Below are positions 45,264 through 59,800 of a stretch of DNA of 64,000 nucleotides, piece after piece. Numbering within the stretch: the first letter of the stretch is position 1; each line of letters starts with the position of its first letter. The notes under the pieces were generated by a model. That model did not search any database. It was not told the DNA's origin and saw nothing but the letters and a program-made list of their open reading frames with translations. The stretch is from the human T2T-CHM13v2.0 reference genome, Homo sapiens. Made by a program: the position numbers and the translations under genes. The stretch lies in assembly GCF_009914755.1 (NCBI RefSeq), contig NC_060948.1. One strand, written 5' to 3'.

Positions 45264-46026
45264 ACTCATTTTAAAACAGCAAAGGAATAAACAAATTTAA
45301 AAGGTATTTATGACTGATCAAATATCACTACTTTCTAGTTCATAACTCACATATAAACATGAATTATGGAATAGATCTTTAAAGTATATCTGACATTACA
45401 TTATTACAGTCTATATTTTTTCACTATCAGCTTTCTATGCCTCTTAAGTTGGCAGAAACAATCTTAATAATGTATTGTTGTAACAAAAGTTCTTACCTGA
45501 AACATAACCAGTGAACACAACATGAACTTCTTTGGAACACTAATCTCCCCATACAGTCATACCAGTGACACCTGAATTCAGAGCATAATTTGTACCATTA
45601 CAAATGTTCTCTTTAATTTTTTTTAAAAACACCTTTAATATGAAAGCTCAGTAGAGTTTTTTGTAATGCAAGCACCAATGTAATAAAATATTTGATAATG
45701 TCAGAGTGACAATTTGGGTTTTTCATTTTCCATCTGTATATATATCTCAAAATATGGTGTTTTCTCTCTAGTAAGCTGGCAGTTAGGAAAAGTAGAAACA
45801 TCTCAAAAGAAGGCAATGTGCAATGTGTTTTTTTAGTTCATCTCCAAGAACTGTATTTGGCAAAAATATATAGAAGTCAGCATAATGTAAAATATCCTCA
45901 ACTCTCTACTAAGTTTATGTTTCTCCTTTAACTCATTTGTTTCATTCTTTAATACTAAATAATATAAATCAGCAATGCTGTGCCATTTAAATAGCATATA
46001 TGTTTATTATTTTACTGAAACTGATG

Positions 46027-46343
46027 GGCTGGTCATAATGACTTACACTGGTAGCCCCAGCACTTTGGGAGGCTGAGTTGGGTGGATGAAGGGGGTCAGG
46101 GGTTCAAGATAAGCCTGAGCAACATGGCAAAACCCTTTCACTACAAAAAATACAAAAATTAGCCAGATGTGGTGGTACACACCTATAGTCCTGGCTACTT
46201 GGGTGGCTAAGCTAAGAGGACTGCTTGGGCACAGGAGGTGGAGGTTGCGGTGAGCTGATATCATGCCACTGCATTCCAGCCTAAGTGAGAGAGCCACACC
46301 TTGTGTTATTAAAAAAAAATAAAGAAAGAGAGAGAGAAAGAAA
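46027..46343 (+). mobile_element. Alu (AluJ/S)
   Basis: cccagcactttgggaggctgag...ctacaaaaaatacaaaaattagcc...A/GA tail. Confidence 0.9.
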
Positions 46344-46344
46344 C

Positions 46345-46805
46345 TTATGCAGGCAACCCCCAGTTTGGGGCTGAGTTTGGGAAGGTTCTTGCCTTCGCCC
46401 GGGAAAGAATTCAAGGGTGAGCCAGTGGTGTTTGACAGCAATTATTCTGAGATGGCAGAAGTACTACTTACTGTTCCTTTCAGAGCAGGGCTACCTCGTA
46501 GGCAGTGTGCCCACAGTAACAACTCAGAGGCAGTTCTGCAGTCATATTTATACATCCTTTTAATTACATGCAAATGAAGGGGAATTTATGCAGACATTTC
46601 TAGAAAAAGAGTGGTAATTTCCAGATTGTTGGGAAGGAGTGGTAACTCCTGGGTGTTGCTATGGTAATGGTAAACTGACATGGCACACTAGTGGACCTGT
46701 CTTATGGAGAGCTCCTTCCATCTTGTCACTGTTTTAACTAGCCCTCAGTTTGGTAAGGTGTGTAAGCCCCACCTCCAGAGTTGGGTCCTGCCTCCTTCCT
46801 ACCTC
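46345..46805 (-). mobile_element. ERV1 LTR (MER66/LTR19-like; family uncertain)
   Basis: ggaaagaattcaagggtgagccagtggtg, gcagtcatatttatac, ttgctatggtaatggtaaactgacatggcacac. Confidence 0.8.
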
Positions 46806-47393
46806 TCTGTTTCTGAGACTTGAAACACGGTACTGAGACAAATCCTCAGCAATTTTATCTCTGGAGTAGAAATAGACCAGGGAAAAGATTTATTGACAAT
46901 TGTAAGGCTGAAGATGCTTTAAGAATTACGAAGGAATCGTCTTGATGAGAGGAACCTGGGATGACTGTGCTGACTGCATTTTCTCTGATCCTTATTCATA
47001 ATCTTCCGTCTCCAGCTTCATCCTAATCCAACAGATATTCTCTTTGCAAATGAATAGCTTTCAACTCCAGAACCTTCTCTTTGGACTGTACTAATGGTAT
47101 TGCCAGGAGCTCAAATATATCACCTTCCTCACAGAGATGTTCTTGGTGTCCCTATCAATAAATTGTCTTTCAACAACTAGCCACATCCATAGAAAAAAAC
47201 ATATTGGAGGTTGAAATCCCTCTGAAGAGCTTCAAATATCAGAGATCCCCAGGGATCTGGTGTTGGAGAGTGTTTTTATCTGAGTCATTTCTTTAAACAA
47301 TTACATCAACATCCTTCATTCCATGCTAACATTTTCTCCATGGAGGGAGGGATAAAAATCTTCCACTAATGCCAAAGAACTATTCCATGATAC

Positions 47394-47413
47394 CATATGC
47401 ATATATATGTGTA

Positions 47414-47466
<53 letters not shown>

Positions 47467-47482
47467 ATATATATATGTATAC
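47394..47482. repeat. (TA)n/(TG)n compound microsatellite
   Basis: Read directly from the sequence. Confidence 0.92.
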
Positions 47483-49111
47483 GTAGTTTTTTGATGTAAG
47501 TGATGGCTTTTGTTTCATTACATTATCATATGAAAATGCAAGTGATTATAAATATGGACTATAATTTAGTAGAGGGGGCACTATGAGGAAGGAATTGTTA
47601 CTTGGAATTACAGAGAGAGATTTGTGGTAAAAGTGAGAATCCTTTGAAGATTTGTCATGGAAAGCAAATAAATAAACTAAAAAAACAAGAAATAAAAATT
47701 ATCAGTCCTACAAAATCAAAAGTGTATGCCAGAATTGGTGAGCTTTTCAGAAAGGAAAACAAAACAGAACACAATACAACACAATAAAGCAAACCAATAA
47801 AAGCCATCACCTAGGAAACTTAATTATATGGACACAAGAGGGTGCCTGTGAATTGAAAAACCTAGTAAGCCATAAACAGCCCCTCACCAGTCCCTCATAA
47901 GTCAAAACACAATTTTCCTGGTGGTACAGGAAAATTACACACTGAAAAATAAACAGAAAAAATATACAATTCACTGGAAACTACTGTTAAAATAAAATTC
48001 AAAGTGAAACCCAAAAATTTTTAGCCTAACAGGATGCTTCACACAGTGCCCAACAAAGTAAAGAAAAATTTTGGCACAGAACAATAACACCTATAAAGGT
48101 TGTTTCCTCAAGTGTTTCTTGATGTGAAGTGCATAGTTAAAACATATAAACAAACCCACCTGGAGAAAAACAGAGTTAGTTATAACCAAAATCACTCACT
48201 CAACATCACATAACAAAAACCAAGTATTTTTGTAAATTTTATTCCTTTGGAATTGATATACATTTGCTTTGTCACTAAATGCATAATCAATTTTAATAAA
48301 TATTTAAATGTAACTGCAGATAAAGTATATTACCTTTTATCGAAGTGTACATTTTGTATACACCCATAAGGGCATCTCATTGATGAATACATTATTTGCT
48401 TCCTCTTGTGTTATTTCGTTCACTTGAGTGAGTGTGAATCCTTGCATATCTTATATATTTATGTTATGAAAATTGGTTGCTCTCTTATTTAAAGCATATT
48501 CGTAAACATGTCTCTAGTGTTATTTGGAATATTTACTATTACACTTATTTTCTTTTATCACTAGTGCTTTGGCACCTAAATTTTATCTTTTCTTACATAA
48601 TGATTAAAGCAAAAATTAGAACAGTTAAACCATGTATTATACAACATAATTAAGTGTTGTTGTTTGGAAACAAAGAAGAATATGGACAAACAATTAAATT
48701 TTTAAAAATAGGAATAAGGTTCAAATACAAAAATCAAGAAAGTAGTGAGTAGAAAAAAGATTACTGAAATAAAATCGAGACATCATGAGAGATTGATTTG
48801 TGTAACATACAGCAAATATGCTTGAAAATTTGTGTGAAATGTCTAATAAAAATAGCTATTTACCAAATGCAACTCATGTACAAAAAGAATCCTTCAATAA
48901 AACAATTTTCATTTATCATAGAAAATCATAGAAATATTTCAAATAAGTTATCCTCCAAAAACGCATCTGTTTCAATGGTTTAATAGATTTACTCCAATGT
49001 TTCAAATAATTAACAATTGTAATATTTCCTATAAAAATTATAATAAAAATGCAATATTTATATGACTCAAATATGACAAACATTCCTAAGCCTGATTTTC
49101 CAAAAAAAAAT

Positions 49112-49330
49112 TGCATAAATCTGAAGTCCAGTAATATGATGCCTCCTGCTTTGTTCCTTTTGCTTAAGATTTTCTCGGGTATATGGTCTCTTTTTTGCTT
49201 CCATATGAATTTTAAAATAGTTTTTTTCTAATTCTATGAATAATGTTAATGGTAGGTTAACCAGAATAGCATTGAATGTATAAATTCCTTTGGACAGTAT
49301 GGTCATTTTAACGATATTGATTCTTCCTTC
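49112..49330 (-). mobile_element. L1 ORF2 fragment (L1PB/MA-like)
   Basis: ORF 49067-49306 [20 protein letters not shown] resembles the L1 ORF2 [14 protein letters not shown] motif. Confidence 0.88.
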
Positions 49331-49404
49331 CTAACATGAGTTTTTTTTTCCCATTTTTTAAGTAATATGAGGGTATAATTTCTTGAATGTCTATGTAACA
49401 TGAC

Positions 49405-49825
49405 ATACCATCATTATTGTCATCATCTGATTCATCACTATGATCATGATGTCATCACTATCATAATCACTACCACCATCAACATTGTCTTCATCATCAC
49501 CACCATCACTATGACCATAATCAACACCATTATTATCACATCATCATCATTTTCATCATCACCATCATCATCTTCATAGTCATCATCATCATTATCAACA
49601 TCATCATCAACGCTATCTTCAATATCACCGCCAGGATTGTCATCTACATTATCACCATCATCCCTATCACCATCATCATTATGACCAACAACATGAACAT
49701 CTCCATCACCACCACCATTATCATATCATCACCATCATCACCATTATTAACATCATTGTCATTGTCACAATTACCATCATCATAATCACCTTTATCATCA
49801 TCATCGTCATTACCTTATTGTTATA
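49405..49825. repeat. Degenerate (CAT/CAC)n trinucleotide tract, ~420 bp
   Basis: catcatcaccaccatcactatgaccat... Confidence 0.92.
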
Positions 49826-50524
49826 TATTACATATTGCTCACCATATGGGTATCAAACCAGAAAATTCATTTATGAGAAGGGGGAAATGTTACTTAATGT
49901 CACAGATAGGCTACACAATGCCAAATAGCATGTCAAAGATAATTATGAAATGTCCCATTAGTGCTAGTTTCTTCACTTGCGAAGGAGTGTAGCTTTGTTT
50001 ATTGAGATAGGCTAGTAGTCAGTAAAGGACAGAAGCTCATAAAACTAAGAGTGATAATTGACATTAAAATTAGTCCAATTTATCCCATTAATTGTTTCAT
50101 AGATACTGAATTAATAGAGAACTCAAATATTTTACCCTGTTACCCAGCCAAAAAGGAGTAACTGTAATATCTATGGTTAGGTTTTTTTGATGAAGTTTTA
50201 TCACATTGCCTATGAAACCAAATTCAGTGAGTTAAATCATTTAAATCATAGTCAACTACAGTAGACAATATACAAATCTTCAAATAATACATGTACAAAA
50301 AGTTTATTTTTCCAATTCACTTCTCAGATAATTCTTCTGAAATGTGAGTCAATCATCTTCTAGGAAACTTCTCTAACAAATCTCATTGTATACTGAGATT
50401 CTCCCAAGTTTGCTATCCCAAAGTTAGTGATCACTCATCTCTGAGTAATGAGCTGATTAAAGAAAATGACCTTTGTTGTTAATTCTGCTCTCAGTACTCC
50501 TATAGTACTTTCAAACAGCAGTGA

Positions 50525-50888
<364 letters not shown>

Positions 50889-52147
50889 GTTCTACCTTAT
50901 TGGAGCTTAATGAAAAGTGCTTTTTGATGTTACAGTCTATTAAAATAAGGAAAGTAGACATTTTTCTGGGTCATATTTTATTTACTTACAGCAAGGGAAC
51001 TGGTGGGTCTGTACTAATGGCACAATAAATTATTACATTAATATATTGGACCCCTGAGATCATGAACAAATTCTCAAGAACTATTTTCTTAAAACATCAC
51101 TTTTAATTATCTTTTCAATTAAAATCATGAAGTCATAAGAGATAATCACATGACAAAATTAAACAGTCGCAATAGAGTGCCAGCTTTGAAAAAAGTCATC
51201 ATTTCTTAAAATAAAGCTAATTTAAAAATTATTTAAAGAAGTTCATGCATTTAAGCAATTTGTACTAGGCACTAAATTCCTATTACCAGTTTCACTGAAT
51301 GAGTTTTATCAGTATCCCATACAAAAACAAAAATCTGTCAATTATTTTTATACTTGTATCATTTTTAAACAAAATCATCATGAGTAAATATAGAATTGGG
51401 TGTTTTCTGTTAATATTCCAGTAAGAAGGAAATGTCAAATATAAGAAGTTTTTTTTTTTTTTTAATTTTCAGAATGGTAAGTAGTCCTTGTCTTTACTTT
51501 AAAAGATCGTGTTTGGCAAGAGGAAAAAAAAATCTTAAAGTCTTTTGAAAACTTCATTTTAAAGTTGTACACACAATGCTTGTACCGCCACAGTGCTAAA
51601 TAATGACCTCGGACATGTTCTTTGTCTTTTTAAAACCTCACTTTCCTGGAAAATAAGATGATCTCCATGGTTGCTTTTGGTACAATGAAGCTATACTTCA
51701 TGAAGAAGGAGAAGAAACCTAATGGACCCAGTATGACAGTATTTATTTCAAGATCTAAAGCAACAAAGCATGCTAATAATCTTCATGCATTAACATTTTA
51801 TTATATTCAGACATCAGGTAGCTTCAGGTGCCTGTCAATTACAGAAATTTGGAAGCTAATGAATCAATAGTCAACACAGGGCTGGTAACTCTCTGAGTTT
51901 AATTGTTACATTCAAATATACATGTGAGAAATCATTAACCTGTTCTACCTGATAGATCATGTTTTTCAACACAGGTGGCTATTTTTATTTTCTATGTTCA
52001 TCTTTAGCCAAGTGAGTTTATAGAGTGGGAAGATACTGTCAATTGCACCCAGCAGTTGAATGCCTGCATAATAAGAAGTGTTACAATGACATAGATGTCA
52101 CGACTCTACATTTGCATAATGTGCACAAGTGTCAAATCATCCATGGA

Positions 52148-52405
52148 TTTGTTTGTTTGTTTGTGTTTGGTTTGTGTTGTTGTTGGGGGTGGTTGATGGG
52201 TTGGTTTTGAAATACGGTCTTGCCCTATCACCCAGCCTGGAGTCAGGTGTCACTATTGCCTAATTGCAGCCTCAAAATCCTGGGCTCAAGTGATCTTCCC
52301 ACCTTGGCCTCTTGAGTAGCTAGGACCGGAGGCACACACCACCATGCCTGGTGAATAGTTTTGTATTTTTTGTAGAAATGGGATTTCATCTTGTTGCTCA
52401 GTCTC
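52148..52405 (-). mobile_element. AluJ right-arm (FRAM-like) fragment with GTT-rich tail
   Basis: ggtcttgccctatcacccagcc...tcctgggctcaagtgatcttccc. Confidence 0.85.
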
Positions 52406-52421
52406 ATCCATGGGGTTTTTA

Positions 52422-53823
<1,402 letters not shown>

Positions 53824-55029
53824 AATTAACCTTAAATTATAATTTTAAATATGAAAATATCTATCTAAAAAGTACATATAAGTTTCTTATAAGACTTAAA
53901 TATATCAATGTGTCAGACTGTAATGTGTTGTCTATAACTGATTAGTTGGTTGCCTAATATACAGTTACCAATGATTAAATAATTCATTCTGGAAGATAAG
54001 CCTCATGGCTTTTAATAAGGCATCCACACACCCAAAGATTTACCTATTAAAGAAGATAGAATGATTGTACATGACATCACTCTAAATGCATAGCTCAGTC
54101 TCTAAAAATGTATTAAGATATGTTGACAAACAATTAAATATGTCAAATAATAAACATATCAAGTAGATTACTGTTCCTAATATTTAAAATAACTTTATAG
54201 TCATAGTTACTACATGTCAAATTTTAAACATTGTTCTTCTAGTTCTAGCTGTTTTTATATTTGAATTCAAATATTATTTCTACCTCTGCACATTACAACT
54301 ATTCAATAGGGCCATTCGTTTCCTATTTCAGTTTTTACAAGCAGTGTTTAGCTTTTTATATCCCAAACTTCCTCACCATCCATAAATACTGGTTACTAAA
54401 TTCAAACATGTACTACTATTTTCCTGTAAAAATTAATTCACCTTAGTGACCACATGGGGATTGGCGAGTATGCCTGTGTCCCCATGTATTTTAACTTGTC
54501 TGTACTTTCTGAGTTTGTTAACGACTCTGTTCAATTTTCCCATTGTCTTGACTGGATAATTTTTTCTCAAAAAGTTGAAATGCTGTTATTTACATTTATT
54601 TCTAGAATAAGGCAAAGTGGGCAAGCAAAATTGCCTAACCCAATTTCTTTTCTATCAATTTTTACTAATTTTCGTGTGAAGTATGTGCCCATACGTATTC
54701 AAAGAATGATATTTACCAAACTGTCTCCATAGTTGTATCCTGTGTGATAGGCTCTGCCTCTATTTTATTGAAGTGGACACTGACCAATTTGAGTTCATGC
54801 TTTTCATATTTTACAAATAACACACTGTAAATCAAACACGTAGTCTTTTACAGGATTGTGTGGTTAAACAAGCAAACTACAATCCCCAAATTGCGGCTTT
54901 TGATCTCAATTTTTATGGACCTTTCTGAGAAGAATCTTGCTAAGTTGGTAGCTTTTTTTCTCCATTATCTATGGTATATTTCATTTAACACTCATTATAT
55001 ACTGTTTACATTTTAGAGTAACTCACTAG

Positions 55030-55580
55030 AACAGTGATTCTCAAATGTTAGTGTAGGTAAGAACATTATGGAAAGCTTTTTAAAACATGGATTTCTGCAA
55101 AACCTTCTGATGCAGAAGGTACAGTTTGGTTTCATGCATTTTGCTTCATTTTTATTTTATTTTACTGTAAATTGATAAATTGATAATTTATAATTACATA
55201 AATAAATGAGATACAAAGTGTTGTTCAATGCAGAATAATTAAATTAAACTAGTTAGTATATCCTAACATTTTTGTGGTTAGAACATTTATAGTTTACTTT
55301 TTTGTCAATTTTGAAGTGTAAAATACTCCACATTACCTATATTCACCACACTTTGTAATATTATCGGAACTCAAAAAAAGGGAATAAATTACTTCTGTCT
55401 AATTGAGATTTTGTATCCTTTGACCAAAGCTTTCATTTCCCTTATCCCAGACTCTGAAATTGCTGTTGTCTTCTCTGCTTCTAAGAGTGTGGTGGTTTTA
55501 TATTTCACGTACATTTAATTTCTAACACATCCCTGGTTTTATTCCTCTGCTGAGCTACAAACCACACTTGAATTACAAAA
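55030..55580. mobile_element. MER5A split by an L1MA 3' fragment (55150-55510, minus strand)
   Basis: cagtgattctcaaatgttagtgt...tggaaagctttttaaaacatggattt before, and tttctaacacatccctgg...accacacttgaat after the L1MA piece. Confidence 0.65.
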
Positions 55581-56035
55581 ATGAGGGCTGGGTCATATTT
55601 CTTGTTAAAAAGTTAATCTCTAGAGATTAATAAACATGGTAATGCACTAACTGTTAGCTTATGCCACAACATGACTAGACCAGGTTGTTAAGTGTATAGA
55701 CACAGACTAATGCTTACTTTCCTTGGCATTTCTCTATTTACACTCACATTGTTTTTTCCACATTTTTGGCTTACAATAGAATGGAAGCTTTTACAGTCAA
55801 CTTGGGGGGATGCAATTTTGCCATAAGATGAAGAGAGACAAGTAGAAAAAAAAAAGAGTAAACATGCTAAAATACAACCTGTCTGTTCATCACATCCTTT
55901 CTAAATAAGATTTTCAAGTTATTATTTAAAAGGGACAAAGTGGAAGGTGTATGACTTTTTGATATTGCAATTGTGATTCTACAGGGCAAAGGAAGTCATT
56001 TTTGAACATCCTTAGTCATTCTCCCTGAGAAATCA

Positions 56036-56405
56036 TTGTTTTTTTATTTTTTTATTTCCATAGGTTTGGGGGAACAGGTGGTGTTTGGTTACATGAAGAA
56101 GTTCTTTAGTGGTGATTTCTGAAATCTTGGTGCAACCATCACCTGAGCAGTATACATGGTAAGCAATGTGTAGTCTCTTATCTGGCACCACTTTCCCACC
56201 ATTTCCCCTCTAGTCCCCAAAGTCCATTGTATCATTCTTATGCCTTTGTGTCCTCACAGCTTAGCTCCCACCTATGAGTGAGAACATACAATGTTTGGTT
56301 TGCCATTCCTGAGTTACTTCACTTAGAATAATTGGATCCAATTCCATCAAGGTCGCTGCAAATGCCTTATTTCATTCCTTTTTATGACTGAGTAGCATTC
56401 CATTA
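56036..56405 (-). mobile_element. L1PB 3' end
   Basis: ggggaacaggtggtgtttggttacatgaagaagttctttagtggtgatttctgaaatcttggtgca; gtccccaaagtccattgtatcattcttatgcc. Confidence 0.92.
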
Positions 56406-56829
56406 TATATATATAAAATATTTCATATTTTATATTTTATATAATTATATATTATATATTATAATTTAATATACAATATAATATATATATACAAAAACAA
56501 TTTATTTTTTAATTTATTATACTTTAAATTCTAGGGTACATGTGCACAATGTGCAGGTTTGTTACATAGGTATACATGTGACATGTTGGTTTGCTGCATG
56601 CATCAAGTCAACATTTACATAAGGTATTTCTCCAAATGCTCTCCTACCCTCAGCCCCCTACCTTCTAACGGGTCCCAGTGTGCTATGTTCCCCACCCTGT
56701 GTCCATGTGTTCTCATTGTTCAACTCCCATCTATGAGTGAGAACATGTGATGTTTGGTTTTCTGTCCTTGTGATAGTTTGCTGAGAATGATTGTTTCCAG
56801 CTTCATGCATGAAGGACATGGCTACATAG

Positions 56830-59800
56830 TATTCCATGGTGTATATGTGTCATAGTTTCTTAATCCAATCCCACTTGGGTTGGTTCCAAGTCTTTGCTAC
56901 TGTGACTTGTGGCACAGTAAACATGTGTTCATGTATCTTTATAATAGAATGATTTATAATCCTTTGGGTACGTACCCAGTAATGGGATCGCTGGATCAAA
57001 TCTAGATCCTTGAGGAATTGCCACAGTCATCCACAATATTTGAACTAATTTACACTCCCACCAATGGTGTAAAAGTGTTCCTATTTCTCCACATCCTCTC
57101 CAGCATTTGTTGTTTCCTGACATTTTAATGATCGCCATTCTAACTGGTGTGAGATTTTATCTCATTGTGGTTTTGATTTGCATTTCTCTGATGACCAGGG
57201 AAGATGAGCATTTTTTCATATGTCTGTTGGCTGCATAAATGTCTTCTTTTGAGAAGTGTCTGTTCATATGCTTTGCCCACTTTTTGAGGGGATTGTTTGT
57301 ATTTTTCTGGTAAATTTGTTTAAGTTCTTTGTAGATTCTGGATTTTAGCCCTTTGTCAGATGGGTAGATTGCAAAAATTTTCTTCCATTCTGTAGGTTGC
57401 CTGTTTACTCTGATGATAGTTTCTTTTGCTGTGCAGAAGCTCTTTAGTTCAATTAGATCCCATTTGTCTATTTTGGCTTTTGTTGCCATTGCCTTTGGTG
57501 TTTTAGTCATGAAGTCTTTGCCTATACCTGTGTGCTGAATGGTATTGCCTTGGTTTTCCTTTAGGGTTTTTATGGTTTTAGGTTTAACATTTAAGTCTTT
57601 AATACATCTTGAATTAATTTTTGTATAATGTGTAAGGAAGGGATCCACTTTCAGCTTTCTACATGTGGCTAGCCAGTTTTACCAGCACAATTTATTAAAT
57701 AGGGAATCCTTTCCCCACTTCTCTTTTTTTGTCAGATTTGTCAAAGATCAGATGGTTGTAGATGTGTAGTGTTATTTCTGAGGCCTCTGTTCTGTTCCAT
57801 TGGTCTATATATCTGTTTTGATACCAGTACCATGCTGTTTTGGTTACTGTAGCCTTGTAGTATAGTTTGAAGTCATGTATTGATGCCTCTAGCTTTGTTC
57901 TTTTTGCTTAGGATTGTCTAGGCTATGCAGTCTCTTTTTTGGTTCCATATGAACTTTAAAGTAGTTTTTCCTGATTCTGTAAAGAAAATCATTGGTAGCT
58001 TGATGGGGATGGCATTGAATCTATAAATTACCTTGGGTAGTATGGCCATTTCCATGATATTGATTCTTCCCATTCATGAGCATGGAATGTTCTTCCATTT
58101 GTTTGTGTCTTCTTTTATTTCGTTGAGCAGTGGTTTGTAGCTCTCCTTGAAGAGATCCTTCACATCCCTTGTAAGTTGGATTCCTAGGTATTTTATTCTC
58201 TTTGGAGCAATTATGAATGGGAGTTCACTCATGATTTGGCTCTCTCTTTGTCTGTTATTGGTGTATAGTGATGCTTCTGATTTTTGCACATTGATATTGT
58301 ATCCTGAAACTTTGCTGAAGTTGCTTATCAGCTTAAGGATATTTGAGGCTGAGATGACTGGGTTTTCTAAATATACAATCTTGTCATCTGCAAACAGGAA
58401 AAATTTGACTTTCTCTTTTCCAAACTGAATACCCTTTATTTGTTTCTCTTGCCTGATTGCCCTGGCCAGAACTTCCAACACTATGTTGAATAGGGGTAGT
58501 GAGAGAGGGCATCCTTCTCATCTGCCAGTTTTCAAAGGGAATGCTTCCAGTTTTTGCCCATTCAGTATGATATTGGCCATGGGTTTGTCATAGATAGCTC
58601 TTATTATTTTGAGATGCATTCCATCAATACCTTGTTTATTGTGTTTGTAGCATGAAGGCTGTTGAATTTTGTCAAAGGTCTTTTCTACATCTATTGAGAT
58701 AATCATGTGGTTTTTGCTGTTGGTTCTGCTTATGTGATGAATTACATTTATTGATTTACATATGTTGAACCAGCCTTGCATCCCAGGGATGAGGCCAACT
58801 TGATTGTGACAGATAAGCTTTTTGATGTGCTGCTGGATTCAGTTTGTCAATATTTTATTGAGGATTTTCACGTTGATGTTCATCAGGGATATTGGTCTAA
58901 AATTCTTTTTTTTGTTATGTCTCTGCCAGGCTGTGGTATCAGGATGACGCTGGCCTCATAAAATGAGTTAAGGAGGCTTACCTCTTTCTCCGCTGATTGT
59001 AATAGTATCAAAAGGAATGGTACCAGCTTCTTTTTGTACCTCTAGTAGAATTTGGCTGTGAATCCATCTGGTCCTGAACTTTTTTGGTTGGTAGGCTATT
59101 AATTATTGACTCAATTTCAGAGCCTGTTATTCCTCTATTCAGAGACTCAACTTCTTCCTGGTTTAGACATGGGAGGGTATATGTGTCCAGGGATTTTTCC
59201 ATTTCTTCTAGATTTTCTAGTTAATTTGTGTAGAGGTGTTTACAGTATTCTTTGATAGTAATTTGTATTTCTGTGGGATTGGAGTTGATATCCCCTTTAT
59301 CAGTTTTAATACCATCTACATGATTTTTCTCCCTTTTCTTCTTTATTAGTCTTGCTAATAGTCTATATATTTTGTTGATCTTTTCAAAAAACCAGCTCTT
59401 GGATTCATTGATTTTTTGAAGGTTTTTTGTGTCTCTTTCTCCTTCAGTTCTGCTCCGATCTTAGTTATTTCTTCCCTTCTGTTAGCTTTTGAATTTGTTT
59501 ATCTTGCTTCTCTAATTCTTTTAATTGTGATATTAGGGTGTCAAATGTAGATCTTTCCTGCTTTCTCTGGTGGGCATTTAGCGCTATAAATTTCCCTCTA
59601 CACACTGACTTAAATGTATCACAGAGATTCTGATACATTGTGTCTTTGTTCTCATTGGTTTCGAAGAATATATTTATTTGGGCTTTTATTTTGTTATTTA
59701 CCCAGTAGTCATTCAGGAGCAGGTTGCTCAGTTTCCATGTAGTTGTGAGTTTTGAGTGAATTTGTTAATCCTGAATTCTAATTTGATTGCACTGTGGTCT

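Noticed and set aside
47600-49050. A-rich stretch possibly derived from very old L1/HAL1 ORF1 (similar stretches at 35.2-35.9 kb and 38.4-39.0 kb)
   Set aside because: The composition is suggestive, but I could not anchor diagnostic motifs, so it is not annotated
57157-58781. RT-like ORFs (163, 135 and 87 aa) as a possible novel reverse-transcriptase system
   Set aside because: They are frameshifted pieces of ordinary L1 ORF2 (the LFADD motif region is recognisable); not intact and not novel
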